IMG/VR virus record: IMGVR_UViG_3300021180_000006 | Coordinates: 22,799-86,798 of that record | DNA from: a virus | Length of the DNA stretch: 64,000 nt | Reading direction: 5' to 3' (one strand) | Part shown: positions 19,607 to 29,067 of the stretch, piece by piece | How the letters are laid out: the number at the start of each line of letters is the position of its first letter | Position numbering within the stretch: the stretch's first letter is position 1 | The notes under the pieces: generated by a model | Seen by the model: only the letters and a program-made list of their open reading frames with translations | Database searches by the model: none | What the model was told of the DNA's origin: nothing | Position numbers and translations under genes: made by a program

Positions 19607-19810
19607 ATGAAACGCCTTTTTGAATTGATCGTCTGCCTGGCGATCGTCGCAGTGATGGTCGTCATCGCCGAGCGCCGCTACGCGAGGCCGACGATTCCCG
19701 AGGTCCCCGACAACCTCGCCCGCTCAATGGACTCGCTCCGGGCCGAAGTCGGACCGCATACTTACCGCGGGCAGGTTTTGCCACAGCAGTCGCCCCAGCC
19801 CCAGCACTAG
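19607..19810 (+). CDS. Small membrane protein
   Basis: GGAG SD; N-terminal TM helix. Confidence 0.6.
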   Translation: MKRLFELIVCLAIVAVMVVIAERRYARPTIPEVPDNLARSMDSLRAEVGPHTYRGQVLPQQSPQPQH

Positions 19811-19819
19811 GAGATCACC

Positions 19820-21046
19820 ATGAACGCAGGACGCACATCGAACTCACTCGCACGACGCGGTTTTTCCTTCACCGAGATTCTGTTCGCCATCATGATCCTG
19901 GGCATCGGCTTCATTCTGGTGGCTTCCATGTTCCCGGTGGCCATCAAACAGGCAGATACCAGCAAGTCAGAGACGGTCGGCGCTCAACTCGCCCGCACCG
20001 GCGTCTCGTTCGTTCAGCAGATGGGGAGCACGAGCTTCTACCAGATTTCGCCCACGGCCGTTCCTGCTGGCGACAAGCTCTGCGTTCTGCGGCCGACCGT
20101 GCAATTTCCCGGCACTCATCTTTTCACGGATCAGGACTTGTATAACGCCATCAAGCCCGGCAGCGCTGTTGATCCAACGAACGCATTGCCGCCCTACACG
20201 GTGCCGGGAACTTACATCGTGCCTGGTGAGGTGTGGGACTTCATGCCGATCAGCCCAACCGGATTCGGCGCTGAGCCGGTCGCGGCGGTGGCTTCCGGCA
20301 GTGGTTCCGTGCCCACCAGCACGAATCTGAGTGCGCTGCTATGCTCGATGATTTCTGAGAACATGGTGCAGACCGCCGACCCGAAATACGGGTGGGTGGC
20401 ATTCTACAAGCGCGACATGATCGAAACGGTGATTGCCCCGCCCGGCGGCGCCATCACGCGATCGCTGGCTTACGCGCCGTCTGCTCAGATCATCGTTGTT
20501 GCCGTTGCCGACCGCAACGCCACGTCCTACACCACTTCCATCAACCCCAGCGGAACGCCGGCCCTTGATGTGCCCGCCGTTCCCTCATCGCCCACGCCGC
20601 CTGCGGTTGTCACTCAGCCGCCATCCCTGCAAGCGTCCCGATCCGCACCCGGTTCCCCGGCCACGATCATCCCGCCCGATGCGAATAGCCTGGACGCCAC
20701 CATTAGCTTCTCCGATCCAATTCAGAACCAGCGGGCCGACGAAGGCGCGTTTGTCATTGTCGCGGCCGACGCCCAGGGGACGATGCCGCTGAGCAGCCCG
20801 TTTCATGGATTGCTGAATGGGCGAATCTACCGGCTTGGGGCATTCGACGCAGGATCGTCGCAGTGGAAGTTCGCGCCGGGGTACGGGCCATCAACCTCCG
20901 ACATCACGGCGATGGCCGGCCACAACAGATTTTCCGTCTACCTGATCGGCCGAGGGCTCAACCCGGACGGCTCAACGCCGGTCTATTCGGGGCTGGCGCA
21001 GGACGTGGCCGCCTACAGCACGTTCGTTTCCTGTCCGATCAATTGA
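19820..21046 (+). CDS. Prepilin-type N-methylation domain protein (type IV minor pilin/pseudopilin-like)
   Basis: RRG/FSFTEILFAIMILGIG class III signal peptide with E5. Confidence 0.88.
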   Translation: MNAGRTSNSLARRGFSFTEILFAIMILGIGFILVASMFPVAIKQADTSKSETVGAQLARTGVSFVQQMGSTSFYQISPTAVPAGDKLCVLRPTVQFPGTHLFTDQDLYNAIKPGSAVDPTNALPPYTVPGTYIVPGEVWDFMPISPTGFGAEPVAAVASGSGSVPTSTNLSALLCSMISENMVQTADPKYGWVAFYKRDMIETVIAPPGGAITRSLAYAPSAQIIVVAVADRNATSYTTSINPSGTPALDVPAVPSSPTPPAVVTQPPSLQASRSAPGSPATIIPPDANSLDATISFSDPIQNQRADEGAFVIVAADAQGTMPLSSPFHGLLNGRIYRLGAFDAGSSQWKFAPGYGPSTSDITAMAGHNRFSVYLIGRGLNPDGSTPVYSGLAQDVAAYSTFVSCPIN

Positions 21047-21051
21047 AGCGG

Positions 21052-21684
21052 TCATCGTCCCGCTTTGAGCCGGTCGATCTGCGATTCGATGTTCTTGGAC
21101 AAACTCCCCTGCAACTCGGTCTGAATGGACTCGATGCGCGAGGGATTGTTGGCCAATACGCCGATCGCCGTCGGGCCGTACAACTCGCGGATGGGCAGGG
21201 CGGGGCGCTTCTGCACCAGCGCCTTGCGCTTGCCCTTGACCATTTGCAATCCGGCGCCCGGTTTGCGCTTGAAGACGCCCTGATGTCCTTCGCGCTGCTG
21301 ACTGCCGCGCAGGGGCATGGTGGCGATGAAGGCCCCGCGGATCAACTGACTTCCCCCGCCCTTGCGCACCGACACCCTCACGCCCTGCCGCGTCTGCACG
21401 GGATGGTATTCCCCCATGGGCACTTCGTCGTGCGAGACGTTGATGCTGCCGGCGAGCACTTGCGGCGTCGAACGGTGCAGTCTCAGCGCCCGCAATGCCG
21501 CCTTCTGGCTGATGTTCAATTCCTCGGTGATGGTTTTCTTCAAGAGGGTGCGGCCGTGCTCCAGCGTCTTGTTGATCGCCCCCGACAGAGCGCGGCGGGC
21601 GCCGTTGGGGATCGAGGAGAGCATCTTCTTGACGCGGGCCTCCTCAACCGGATCGATCACCAGCTCGAAATGGATATCGGGCAT
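21052..21684 (-). CDS. Minor tail protein Z-like (tail completion)
   Basis: ALSGAINKT, GAFIA and LPIRELYGP motifs. Confidence 0.8.
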   Translation of the reverse strand: MPDIHFELVIDPVEEARVKKMLSSIPNGARRALSGAINKTLEHGRTLLKKTITEELNISQKAALRALRLHRSTPQVLAGSINVSHDEVPMGEYHPVQTRQGVRVSVRKGGGSQLIRGAFIATMPLRGSQQREGHQGVFKRKPGAGLQMVKGKRKALVQKRPALPIRELYGPTAIGVLANNPSRIESIQTELQGSLSKNIESQIDRLKAGR

Positions 21685-21687
21685 AAT

Positions 21688-22491
21688 ATGCGTCCGATGA
21701 GTTCAACCCTCGCCAAGTCGCGCTACCGCGAAGCCCGCCAAGTGTGGACGATGGCGCAAGCGGTTGCAGCCTGGCAAGCGCATTTCCCGGCGATCCGCCA
21801 GCGCGCGGCCGTGATGGGCCAAATTTCGCGCAATATCGATCAGTCGCTCGGATCGCAATGGCGCGAAGTGGATGTGGAAGCGTTCTTGGCCGAATTTGAT
21901 CCCTCACGCTCTTATTCGCGAAAGTGGTGGGAACAGAAACTCGGCAGCGCGGGATTCGCACGCGAGATCGAGATCGACCACTACATGATCGTGCGCGAGG
22001 CCTTCGCCCACACGTTTTCCTTTACCATCCCCTCGACCGAAGCATTAAACGCGATCCGGTCATTCATCGGCGATGCGCCGGTCATCGAATATTTCGCCGG
22101 TCGAGGCTATTGGGCTTATCTGCTCAACCGGGAGTTTGGCGTGCAGATCACCGCCACCGACCGCAATCAGGTCCAGGGTGAACACAGCTTTGACTGCTCG
22201 GGTGGCGGAAGCTTCATGCCCGTCGATCCCCTGGACATCGGCGGAGCGCGCCTTCCCAATGGGTTTGTCGCCATGATCGCGTGGATTCCTTATCTGAGCA
22301 CGGCCGCCGATCGATTCCTCAAGCGCATGCAGCCGGGTGAAAAACTGATCCTGATCGGCGAATGGGGCGGTTGCTGCGCCGCCGATTCGACCTTCGACAT
22401 TCTGGAAAAGCATTTCGAGCAGGTCAGTGAGTTCGCCGTCCCGCAGTTCTACGGCCTGCACGATCGCGGCTGTTTTCTGGAGCGGCGCTAG
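21688..22491 (+). CDS. SAM-dependent methyltransferase-like moron
   Basis: IEYFAGRGYWAYLL motif I; ATD; LIGE.GGC. Confidence 0.65.
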   Translation: MRPMSSTLAKSRYREARQVWTMAQAVAAWQAHFPAIRQRAAVMGQISRNIDQSLGSQWREVDVEAFLAEFDPSRSYSRKWWEQKLGSAGFAREIEIDHYMIVREAFAHTFSFTIPSTEALNAIRSFIGDAPVIEYFAGRGYWAYLLNREFGVQITATDRNQVQGEHSFDCSGGGSFMPVDPLDIGGARLPNGFVAMIAWIPYLSTAADRFLKRMQPGEKLILIGEWGGCCAADSTFDILEKHFEQVSEFAVPQFYGLHDRGCFLERR

Positions 22492-22927
22492 AACTCCTCC
22501 TCCTCCCCATCGATCTTCACCGGCGCGCCGCGGGCGAGCTTGTGCATCTGCTCCTGCTGTCTGACAAACTCGATCGCCTCAAGAAAAATAGCGGCCTGGT
22601 CGTACAGGCCGCCGGCCGCCGGATAGCGTCCGGCTTTGAAATCGGGCAGGAGGTTGAGGATCTCCCATACGTCCGGGGTGACGAAATCCAGCGGGCAAGC
22701 CGTCAATCGCTCGGCCTCGAAGCGCCGGCCTCCGCAGCGCGGGCAGACGCGCTCGCCGTTCTGATCGAAGCCGCTGGTGCCCTGGCCGCCGCACTCCAGG
22801 CAGGGGATGTTCAAGCCGTCGGCGTCGCAGGTGGGTTTGAAGCACTTTCGCTTGGTGCGGCAGGGGGGATCGGTGAGGCAGAGTTTGCCCCAGCGGATTG
22901 CCGCTCCAATAGCAAGGCTTTTTTTTT
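22488..22927 (-). CDS. Tail chaperone T segment (read via -1 frameshift)
   Basis: The -1 frame is open from the A9 run to the stop at 22488; PAAGGLYDQ motif. Confidence 0.8.
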
Positions 22928-23302
22928 GTCTACGTGCATCCTGATGGCGTTCTCCGTGCCCAGATCGAGCAGCTCGTACTTGTCCACCAGATCGATGATG
23001 TCGTCGAAGTTCGGGATGCCGTTCTCGTCGCGCTTGAACTCGACCGGCTTGCCTTCGCGGTCGGTGAGGTTCTTCCAGCCCATGTAGATGATGCCCAGGG
23101 CCTCGTCGAGCTTGGCCTCGGATTCTTCATTGCTCAGGCGCGCACTCTGGGAGCGCAGTTCTTCTTCCAGCTTCTGAATCCGCTTGGCCTCGCGGCGGGT
23201 GACGAAGCGGGCGAGAAACGTCGGGCGCGTTTCCTCGGGCTTGGCCTGGTCGGTAATCAGAACCACGGGGAAGGTTTCGGTGGGATCGCAGCTCAAAGGC
23301 AT
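22811..23302 (-). CDS. Tail assembly chaperone G
   Basis: GWKNL.D..GKPVEF motif; lies between tail tube and tape measure. Confidence 0.8.
   Translation of the reverse strand: MPLSCDPTETFPVVLITDQAKPEETRPTFLARFVTRREAKRIQKLEEELRSQSARLSNEESEAKLDEALGIIYMGWKNLTDREGKPVEFKRDENGIPNFDDIIDLVDKYELLDLGTENAIRMHVDKKKALLLERQSAGANSASPIPPAAPSESASNPPATPTA
22919..22927 (-). promoter_or_regulatory. Programmed -1 frameshift slippery site (A9)
   Basis: GAC AAA AAA AAA GCC near the end of G; -1 frame open. Confidence 0.8.
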
Positions 23303-23305
23303 AGG

Positions 23306-23995
23306 TCATTTTTCCTTACGGGGAATCCGACGCACGGGACCGTCTTCAATCTTGTGGCATCCGTTGCAAAGCCATCGCACGTCCAGGCGATGCTTGCGCG
23401 CGTAACCCTTGTGGTGATGGGCGGTGAGCCGTCGTCGTTTCCCGCAGCGTTGACAACGTTCCGGTTTTTGCAATCGTCCATCGCGCAGCGCATTTGCGAC
23501 GTGGTAACGGGCGGCGATTTTTCCCGCGTGGTGTTGTTTCTCGCGGGCATGGGCGGCTGCGAAAACCCGTTTGCCGCGGGCGGTTTCCCGGTACTGCTTT
23601 TGGTACTCGATCAGCTCGTCGCGGTGCTGGCGATAATATCGATGCGCACGTTTTTTTATTCGCGACTTCACCTCCGGTCGCGATCGATATTCCGCACTTT
23701 CTGCTAAATAGCGCTCGCGGTAGCGCAGGTAACGGGCACGCTGTTGCGCAGCCACTTTCTCAGGATTTTCCAAACGGTAGCGCCGCACTGCCGCCAGTCG
23801 TTCCTTGCGATGACGCCGATAGTGTTCGCGGGACCGCTTTCGCAGTTCATCTCCCTTGGCGATCGTCCGAGCCTTCATGTAGGCGGATACGCACTTCTTA
23901 CACTTGGCTTGGCGACCATCTTTAGACCGCGCATTTTTGCTGAATGATGAAAGAAAAAGGTAACGGCGACATTTCTGACAGCGCTTTTTTGCCAT
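23306..23995 (-). CDS. HNH-like endonuclease
   Basis: CQKC..F.KN..SKDG..CKKC; CQRC..AHH..Y...VRWLC..CH. Confidence 0.8.
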   Translation of the reverse strand: MAKKRCQKCRRYLFLSSFSKNARSKDGRQAKCKKCVSAYMKARTIAKGDELRKRSREHYRRHRKERLAAVRRYRLENPEKVAAQQRARYLRYRERYLAESAEYRSRPEVKSRIKKRAHRYYRQHRDELIEYQKQYRETARGKRVFAAAHAREKQHHAGKIAARYHVANALRDGRLQKPERCQRCGKRRRLTAHHHKGYARKHRLDVRWLCNGCHKIEDGPVRRIPRKEK

Positions 23996-24040
23996 CCCCG
24001 GACAATACCCGAATGGCATCGCGTTTACTATTACATTCTG

Positions 24041-25003
24041 CTAATTAAAAGTTAATGAATAGTCATCGTCTCCAGAAGTCCGGGTCGCAATAAACTCCAA
24101 CGTGTCCGCCATCACGCCCTCGCGGTCCTCATCCTGCGGCGGGTTATTCAACTGCGCCTTGGGGGCGGAGAACTGGAGTTGGTTGCCCGCCGGGCCAGCG
24201 GTGAAGGCGAAGTTGTAGGTGGTCTGCGCGGTATGGGCCGCGAAAAAGTCCAGCGTCGAGAGCAGGTAGCTTTCCGGGGCAATACGGATTAGAGGCTCGC
24301 GATCGGTGACGATGCCGCCGCGGAATCCGGTGCCGACCGGGGTGGAAGCGCTATCGACGGCGGATTGGTCCTGTCTCAGATAGAGCTTATTTCCCGAATG
24401 AAACTCGAAATTGGGGAAGCGCATCGACTGGCCGCCCACCGTGACCGTCACTCCCGCGAAGCGCGGCGGAATCGTCGTCGGATAGGTAATGCCGCCGGGG
24501 ATGGCCGTCGTCGAAGGGCTCTGCCAGACGCCGTCGAAAGTCCACTCGAAATAGATTGGGTTCCCCGCCTGCGCCCGGATGACGAAGTCGCCAGCGCAAC
24601 CGGCCAGGAGCTTCAAGCGCCCGGCCTGGAACAAACCGATCGAGATGGTGTTGATCGGGCTGGCCGGGGTGGGGGTGAAGGGAGAGAAGGGGCTGCTGGT
24701 GCCGGGACCCAAACCGCAAGCCGGCAGAAGCAAGCTGGCCCAGGCCGGGGCGCCGGCAGTGGAGAAGAACTCGGTGCGGAACGTCGCCTTGCCGGCGCGG
24801 GCGCCGGGGATGGTGAGCAGCTTGGAAAGATACTGCTGTCCCTGGCGGACATTGGGCTTGATGTCCGGGGTGATCTTGGGATCGAAGACGGCGCTGAACA
24901 GTTGGCAGTCGGAGCTGCCGGGCGTGACGACGACGCCGGTCGTAGCCTCGAGTTTTGCGCCGAAAACTCGGTTGCGTACTAACAAGTTTGGGTCGAACGC
25001 CAT
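24041..25003 (-). CDS. Major tail tube protein
   Basis: AKLEAT.G N-terminus; GNQL.F.APKAQ..DEDREG C-terminus; position. Confidence 0.8.
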   Translation of the reverse strand: MAFDPNLLVRNRVFGAKLEATTGVVVTPGSSDCQLFSAVFDPKITPDIKPNVRQGQQYLSKLLTIPGARAGKATFRTEFFSTAGAPAWASLLLPACGLGPGTSSPFSPFTPTPASPINTISIGLFQAGRLKLLAGCAGDFVIRAQAGNPIYFEWTFDGVWQSPSTTAIPGGITYPTTIPPRFAGVTVTVGGQSMRFPNFEFHSGNKLYLRQDQSAVDSASTPVGTGFRGGIVTDREPLIRIAPESYLLSTLDFFAAHTAQTTYNFAFTAGPAGNQLQFSAPKAQLNNPPQDEDREGVMADTLEFIATRTSGDDDYSLTFN

Positions 25004-25061
25004 TTGGGTTTACCTCGGGTGAATTGTCGGGGGAGAGTCGAAGGGATTAGGATCGTTGCCC

Positions 25062-25337
25062 ATGCAGTGGCCGATGCAGCCGTTTCAGATGCCGAGCTTT
25101 TTCGCGCCAGTGGGTGGCCCGCCAACTCCACCGACAGAAGAAGAAAAACTCGCGCGGCAAATCCGCATATGGCTCAAGTTCGAGCCGGGGATGAAACTGC
25201 GACGCATCGCGCGGAACTCTTGGATTTACGGGCGCGCCGCTAAACCGCTGGAAATCGAGGAGGTCTTAGTGCAGTTGATCCGGGAGGGCGTCGTGGTCAT
25301 GTCCAATGGCGGGTTCCGTCTGGTCGATGCGCGCTAA
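25062..25337 (+). CDS. Small winged-helix-like inserted gene
   Basis: IEEVLVQLIREGVV..GGFRL. Confidence 0.45.
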   Translation: MQWPMQPFQMPSFFAPVGGPPTPPTEEEKLARQIRIWLKFEPGMKLRRIARNSWIYGRAAKPLEIEEVLVQLIREGVVVMSNGGFRLVDAR

Positions 25338-25568
25338 CGGAGCGGAGACGTTGACGGTCGGCGCTTCCATGGTACGGCCGTGGTCGATCGCCTTCTGTGG
25401 CGTCTCGAACTCGATCCGATGGCCATCCTCGGTGATCAGGTAATACAGCGGCGGGCGCGAAGGCGAGAAGCTGACCCACACGTCAAAGTGCAGATCGCTA
25501 TGCACCGGCTGGCCCGGATGTTCACCACCTCGAGCGCCCGCGAAATCATGGAATTGTTTGAATGGCAT
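25266..25568 (-). CDS. Hypothetical protein
   Basis: ORF after the heptamer hairpin. Confidence 0.4.
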   Translation of the reverse strand: MPFKQFHDFAGARGGEHPGQPVHSDLHFDVWVSFSPSRPPLYYLITEDGHRIEFETPQKAIDHGRTMEAPTVNVSAPLARIDQTEPAIGHDHDALPDQLH

Positions 25569-25574
25569 GATGTT

Positions 25575-25660
25575 TGGTCATTTGTCACTGGTCACTGGTC
25601 ATTGGTCACTTGCCCGAGCCGCGCGGCAAAACAAATGACCAGTGGCAAATGACCAGTGAC
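25575..25660. repeat. Inverted heptamer array (GGTCACT/GGTCATT vs AATGACC/AGTGAC)
   Basis: Tandem 7-mers on both arms form a hairpin. Confidence 0.85.
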
Positions 25661-25670
25661 GCCGGGCGCT

Positions 25671-27596
25671 TCACGCCCGGAAGCTGTACGGATCGTTCCA
25701 GTTGGTTCGGTATTCGACGTAGACGCGCGTGATGACCCCTTCGTGCTCGCCCGCCTCGCGCTCGAACCACGACGGCGGCGCCGGCAGCGTATTGGCCGCC
25801 AGACCGCCGCGGTGGGGATCGAGCTGGAGCGCCTTCTCGATGTCGGCGCGGACGATCAGGACCAGTTGATCGGCGGGGATGGGCGGTGAACCGCTCGGTC
25901 CTGGCTCGGGCTGGGCGCAGGTGGCGATGATCTCGAATTCCTGAATCCAGCATTGGATGTTGTTGCACTGGAGTTCGCGGTTCCACTGCGCTCCGCCGAG
26001 TTGCACGTCGGCGACGACGGTGATGCCGTCCGTCCCCACTTCACCCAAGCGATCGGGCTCGGTCGAATAGCAGTTGCACTGGTAGCCTTGCTCGACCGAG
26101 ATGTCTCCGACGACCTGGAGGATGTTCTGGCGGATGCGCTCGATCAGGGGGAGATTGCCGCCCAGGAGTGTGGCGCCGGCGGTGACGATGCTGAACGAGT
26201 GCTGATGGAAGAACGAGCCGGTGGCGAATACGTCGTTGGCCTGGACCGTGAAGGTGCTGCTGCCGGCGGTGGTGGGCGTGCCGGAAATCGTCCCCGTCGA
26301 AGCATTCAGAGTGAGGCCGGCCGGAAGGCTCCCGGATGCGATGCTGAAATTCTGGCTGGTTCCCTGCGTCTTGGCGATCTGGAGGGCCTGAGAATAAACC
26401 TGGCCCACGACCGCACTGGCGACTGAGGCGGTGGTGATGTTGATCAGGTCAAACTCGACGACGCGGTATTTGAAACTTTCGTAACCATAGAGGACGTTGT
26501 TGACGGGATCGAAGGCGTGACCCGGCTCCAGTCCGGTGAAGGCGCTTTGCGAAGTTCCCGCATTGCTGCTGACCCAATCGGCGGCGTTGAGGTTCTGGCT
26601 GGCGTTGGCGCCGTTGAAACTGGAGGTCGCGCTGTTGGGAACGATAAACTCGACGATGCGGACGTTACTGGAGTCGCAAGCCCAGAGCCGGTTCGCCGTC
26701 GAATCGTAATTCAGATCGTCGGGACCGTTCAATCCGTTCTGCGTATAGGTGCTGCCGGCGTAGTGGGTGAAGTCGGCTTGCCCGAGCACGAAGGTCGCGT
26801 TCTCACCGTTGATGCCGCTGCCTGATCCGGGGGGCGCGCTAAAGCACAAGATACGGTTGTTGGCCGAATCGGAGACGAACACGCGGGCATTGACCGGATC
26901 GTATGCGATCCCAAAGGGGCTGGTCATCCCCGCTTGTCCGTTGCCTGCGACCTTGGCGGTGAAACTCGATTGACCCAGGACGAACGAGGCGGCCGGGTTG
27001 CTGGCGCTGGAATCGTAGACGCCGTTGGCGACCGGGAAGCACATGACCCGGTTGTTGCCCGAGTCGCTCACAAACAATCTTCCGTTGACCGCGTCATAAT
27101 CGATGTCGTCCGGTCCGGCCAGTCCGGTTTGGGTTGTGGCCGATCCGTTGTGAGTAAAGTCGGTCTGCCCGATGACAAAAACCGCTGCGGCAAAATCGGT
27201 CAGATTCCCCGGCCGGCAATCGAAACAGAGGACGCGACGGAGGCCGCTATCGCTGAGGAACAAGCGGGCGTTGGCGTTGTCATAGCAGAGATTGCAAAAA
27301 CGAAAAGTCTGTGACGTGGTCGCCCCGCTGCCGACGACGTTGAAATTGGCGGCGCCCAGCACGTGAATGGGAAGGATGGGCATCGTTCCCGGCACGCGAT
27401 TGTTGTTGTCCAGTTGGAAAACCAGGACGCGGTTGTTTACGTCGTCCGCCACAAACAGGCGGTGCTGAACGGTATCGAGCGCGATGCTGGTGGTCTGATT
27501 GACTCCCTGCGAAGTGGTACTGCCGCTGGGCGAGTTCACGACGTTGGCCGTGAAGCTGGTCTGACCCAGGACGATGGAACAGTTCAGGATGGCCAT
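25671..27596 (-). CDS. NHL beta-propeller + Ig domain + tail terminator-like fusion
   Basis: Repeats RLFV.D..NNRV and VLGQ.DF; SGSLPAGLTLNASTGTISGTP; C-terminal DIEKAL..D..RGGLA..VEYRT..DPY. Confidence 0.75.
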   Translation of the reverse strand: MAILNCSIVLGQTSFTANVVNSPSGSTTSQGVNQTTSIALDTVQHRLFVADDVNNRVLVFQLDNNNRVPGTMPILPIHVLGAANFNVVGSGATTSQTFRFCNLCYDNANARLFLSDSGLRRVLCFDCRPGNLTDFAAAVFVIGQTDFTHNGSATTQTGLAGPDDIDYDAVNGRLFVSDSGNNRVMCFPVANGVYDSSASNPAASFVLGQSSFTAKVAGNGQAGMTSPFGIAYDPVNARVFVSDSANNRILCFSAPPGSGSGINGENATFVLGQADFTHYAGSTYTQNGLNGPDDLNYDSTANRLWACDSSNVRIVEFIVPNSATSSFNGANASQNLNAADWVSSNAGTSQSAFTGLEPGHAFDPVNNVLYGYESFKYRVVEFDLINITTASVASAVVGQVYSQALQIAKTQGTSQNFSIASGSLPAGLTLNASTGTISGTPTTAGSSTFTVQANDVFATGSFFHQHSFSIVTAGATLLGGNLPLIERIRQNILQVVGDISVEQGYQCNCYSTEPDRLGEVGTDGITVVADVQLGGAQWNRELQCNNIQCWIQEFEIIATCAQPEPGPSGSPPIPADQLVLIVRADIEKALQLDPHRGGLAANTLPAPPSWFEREAGEHEGVITRVYVEYRTNWNDPYSFRA

Positions 27597-27600
27597 GGTT

Positions 27601-27710
27601 CGAGGAGGAGGGGGTGAGGGGGGAGGAGGAGGGGGTGAGGGGGAGAAGGGGCGAGGGGGTGAAGGACAGAAGCTCTCCCCCTCGCCCCCTCACCCACTCT
27701 CCCCCTCTCT
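27601..27710. repeat. G/A-rich and C/T-rich inverted octamer-like array
   Basis: ggggtgag/gggggagg tracts followed by their complements. Confidence 0.75.
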
Positions 27711-28637
27711 TCACGAATTTTGCCCGCTCCAGGCGTTGGCGGCGTTGAAGTCGGGGCTGATCCCGTTGGTGAAGACGATCTGCGTATCGCTGACCGTCTT
27801 GAATCGTCCGTTGCGCAGGCTGGTCGAGGTGATGGTGAAGCTCTCCCCGCTCTGGCTCAGATCGAGCAGTCCGCCGTTGCGCAGGTTCAGTTGCGTGATG
27901 CAGGCCGCGCCGGCGTTGCGGTGCAGGCAGTGGATGGTGCCGCCGTCACAGGTTGCCGTGGGGACGAGGTAGGTGCCGCGGGTGAACAGGTCTCCAGCGA
28001 AACAGATCAGGGCCGTGACCGGGGTCGAGTTGACCAGAACCTGGCCGCCGTCGTTGACCACGTTGCTGTAGGTGACGCCCGAGCCCAGATTGCAGACGCC
28101 GCCGGTGACGTTGACGTTTCCGACCGTGGTGGTGTCGGTGTAGTTGTCGGTGGCGATGCCGATGCCGCCTGATCCGCCCAGGACGTTGATATCGCAGGCG
28201 GCGTTGTTGGCGCGGATGCGGACGGTTTCCTTGCCGGTGTCGATGGCGCGGGGATTGGCCTGGAAGACGTTGACGATCGGCGACGTCGTCCCCAGATCGA
28301 GGTTGATGCGCTGGCAGCCGACTTGGGTAGAGCTACTGGCGGCGGCGGCGGGGAGGTTGATGCCGACTTGGTTGCCGTTGGTGACGTTGAGCTTGAGGGG
28401 CGTGCCGTTGCTTCCGAACAGGATGGTCCCCGGTGAGGAGGAGCCGAAGGTGCCGTAGATGGTCAAGGTGTTGAAGACGACCCCGCCACCGGTTTGATCG
28501 GAGCCGTTGATGGCGCTGACGGCGGTGGCATCGAAGATCAGATCGTCACCGTTGCCGGGCACGCCGGAGGGGGACCAGTTGCCCGAGGTGGCGAAGTTGA
28601 AATCGCCGATGGTGCCGGACCATGTTTTCTTAGCCAT
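27711..28637 (-). CDS. Putative virion beta-helix protein
   Basis: W.G....F...GNWSPSGVP..GDDL.F start; G/N/T-rich. Confidence 0.6.
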   Translation of the reverse strand: MAKKTWSGTIGDFNFATSGNWSPSGVPGNGDDLIFDATAVSAINGSDQTGGGVVFNTLTIYGTFGSSSPGTILFGSNGTPLKLNVTNGNQVGINLPAAAASSSTQVGCQRINLDLGTTSPIVNVFQANPRAIDTGKETVRIRANNAACDINVLGGSGGIGIATDNYTDTTTVGNVNVTGGVCNLGSGVTYSNVVNDGGQVLVNSTPVTALICFAGDLFTRGTYLVPTATCDGGTIHCLHRNAGAACITQLNLRNGGLLDLSQSGESFTITSTSLRNGRFKTVSDTQIVFTNGISPDFNAANAWSGQNS

Positions 28638-28708
28638 GATGGTTCAGGGGGGTGAGGGAGAGGGAGAGGGTGAGGCAGAGCAGCGGCCCCGATAGCGCCC
28701 GGATCGCT

Positions 28709-28927
28709 TCAACGGTCGTTTGCTGATGGCGCTGAAATCAGGGCAAATCGTTCGCTGAACAGGGTTTGCCCGTCGCCCCGGTACAGATGAACCGCGACCG
28801 GCTTTCCCGTCTCCCTGTCCACTTCGAGGCCGTTGAGGACGCGGTTTCCGGCGTAGCTCAGGATGCGATCATCGAATCGCCAGATGGGCGTGGGCAATCT
28901 GTCGGCAGGGATTTTTTTGTTTGACAC
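28709..28927 (-). CDS. Hypothetical protein (possible portal-like fragment)
   Basis: NGLEVD..GKPVAVHL resembles lambda-type portal motifs. Confidence 0.35.
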   Translation of the reverse strand: MSNKKIPADRLPTPIWRFDDRILSYAGNRVLNGLEVDRETGKPVAVHLYRGDGQTLFSERFALISAPSANDR

Positions 28928-29045
28928 GGGCCGGGAGTTGTTAGAGTCGCGGGCGTTGATCGCTGGTTTCTAATCGCACAAGTACGATTCTCACGCCGCT
29001 CCCGCGAGACGCCTTTCCGGCGATCAACACTCGCGCCGGGGCGGC
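28921..29045 (+). promoter_or_regulatory. Promoter plus conserved structured leader, homologous to 52144-52247
   Basis: TTGACA..TGtTAGAGT; 28955-28966 pairs with 29017-29028 inside the stem 28995-29008/29030-29045. Confidence 0.75.
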
Positions 29046-29067
29046 ATGCGCTTCGGAACTTCGGAAG

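Noticed and set aside
20863-21687. N-terminal half of the 542-aa ORF 20863-22491
   Set aside because: It overlaps the pilin gene and gpZ; the real start is probably the ATG at 21688
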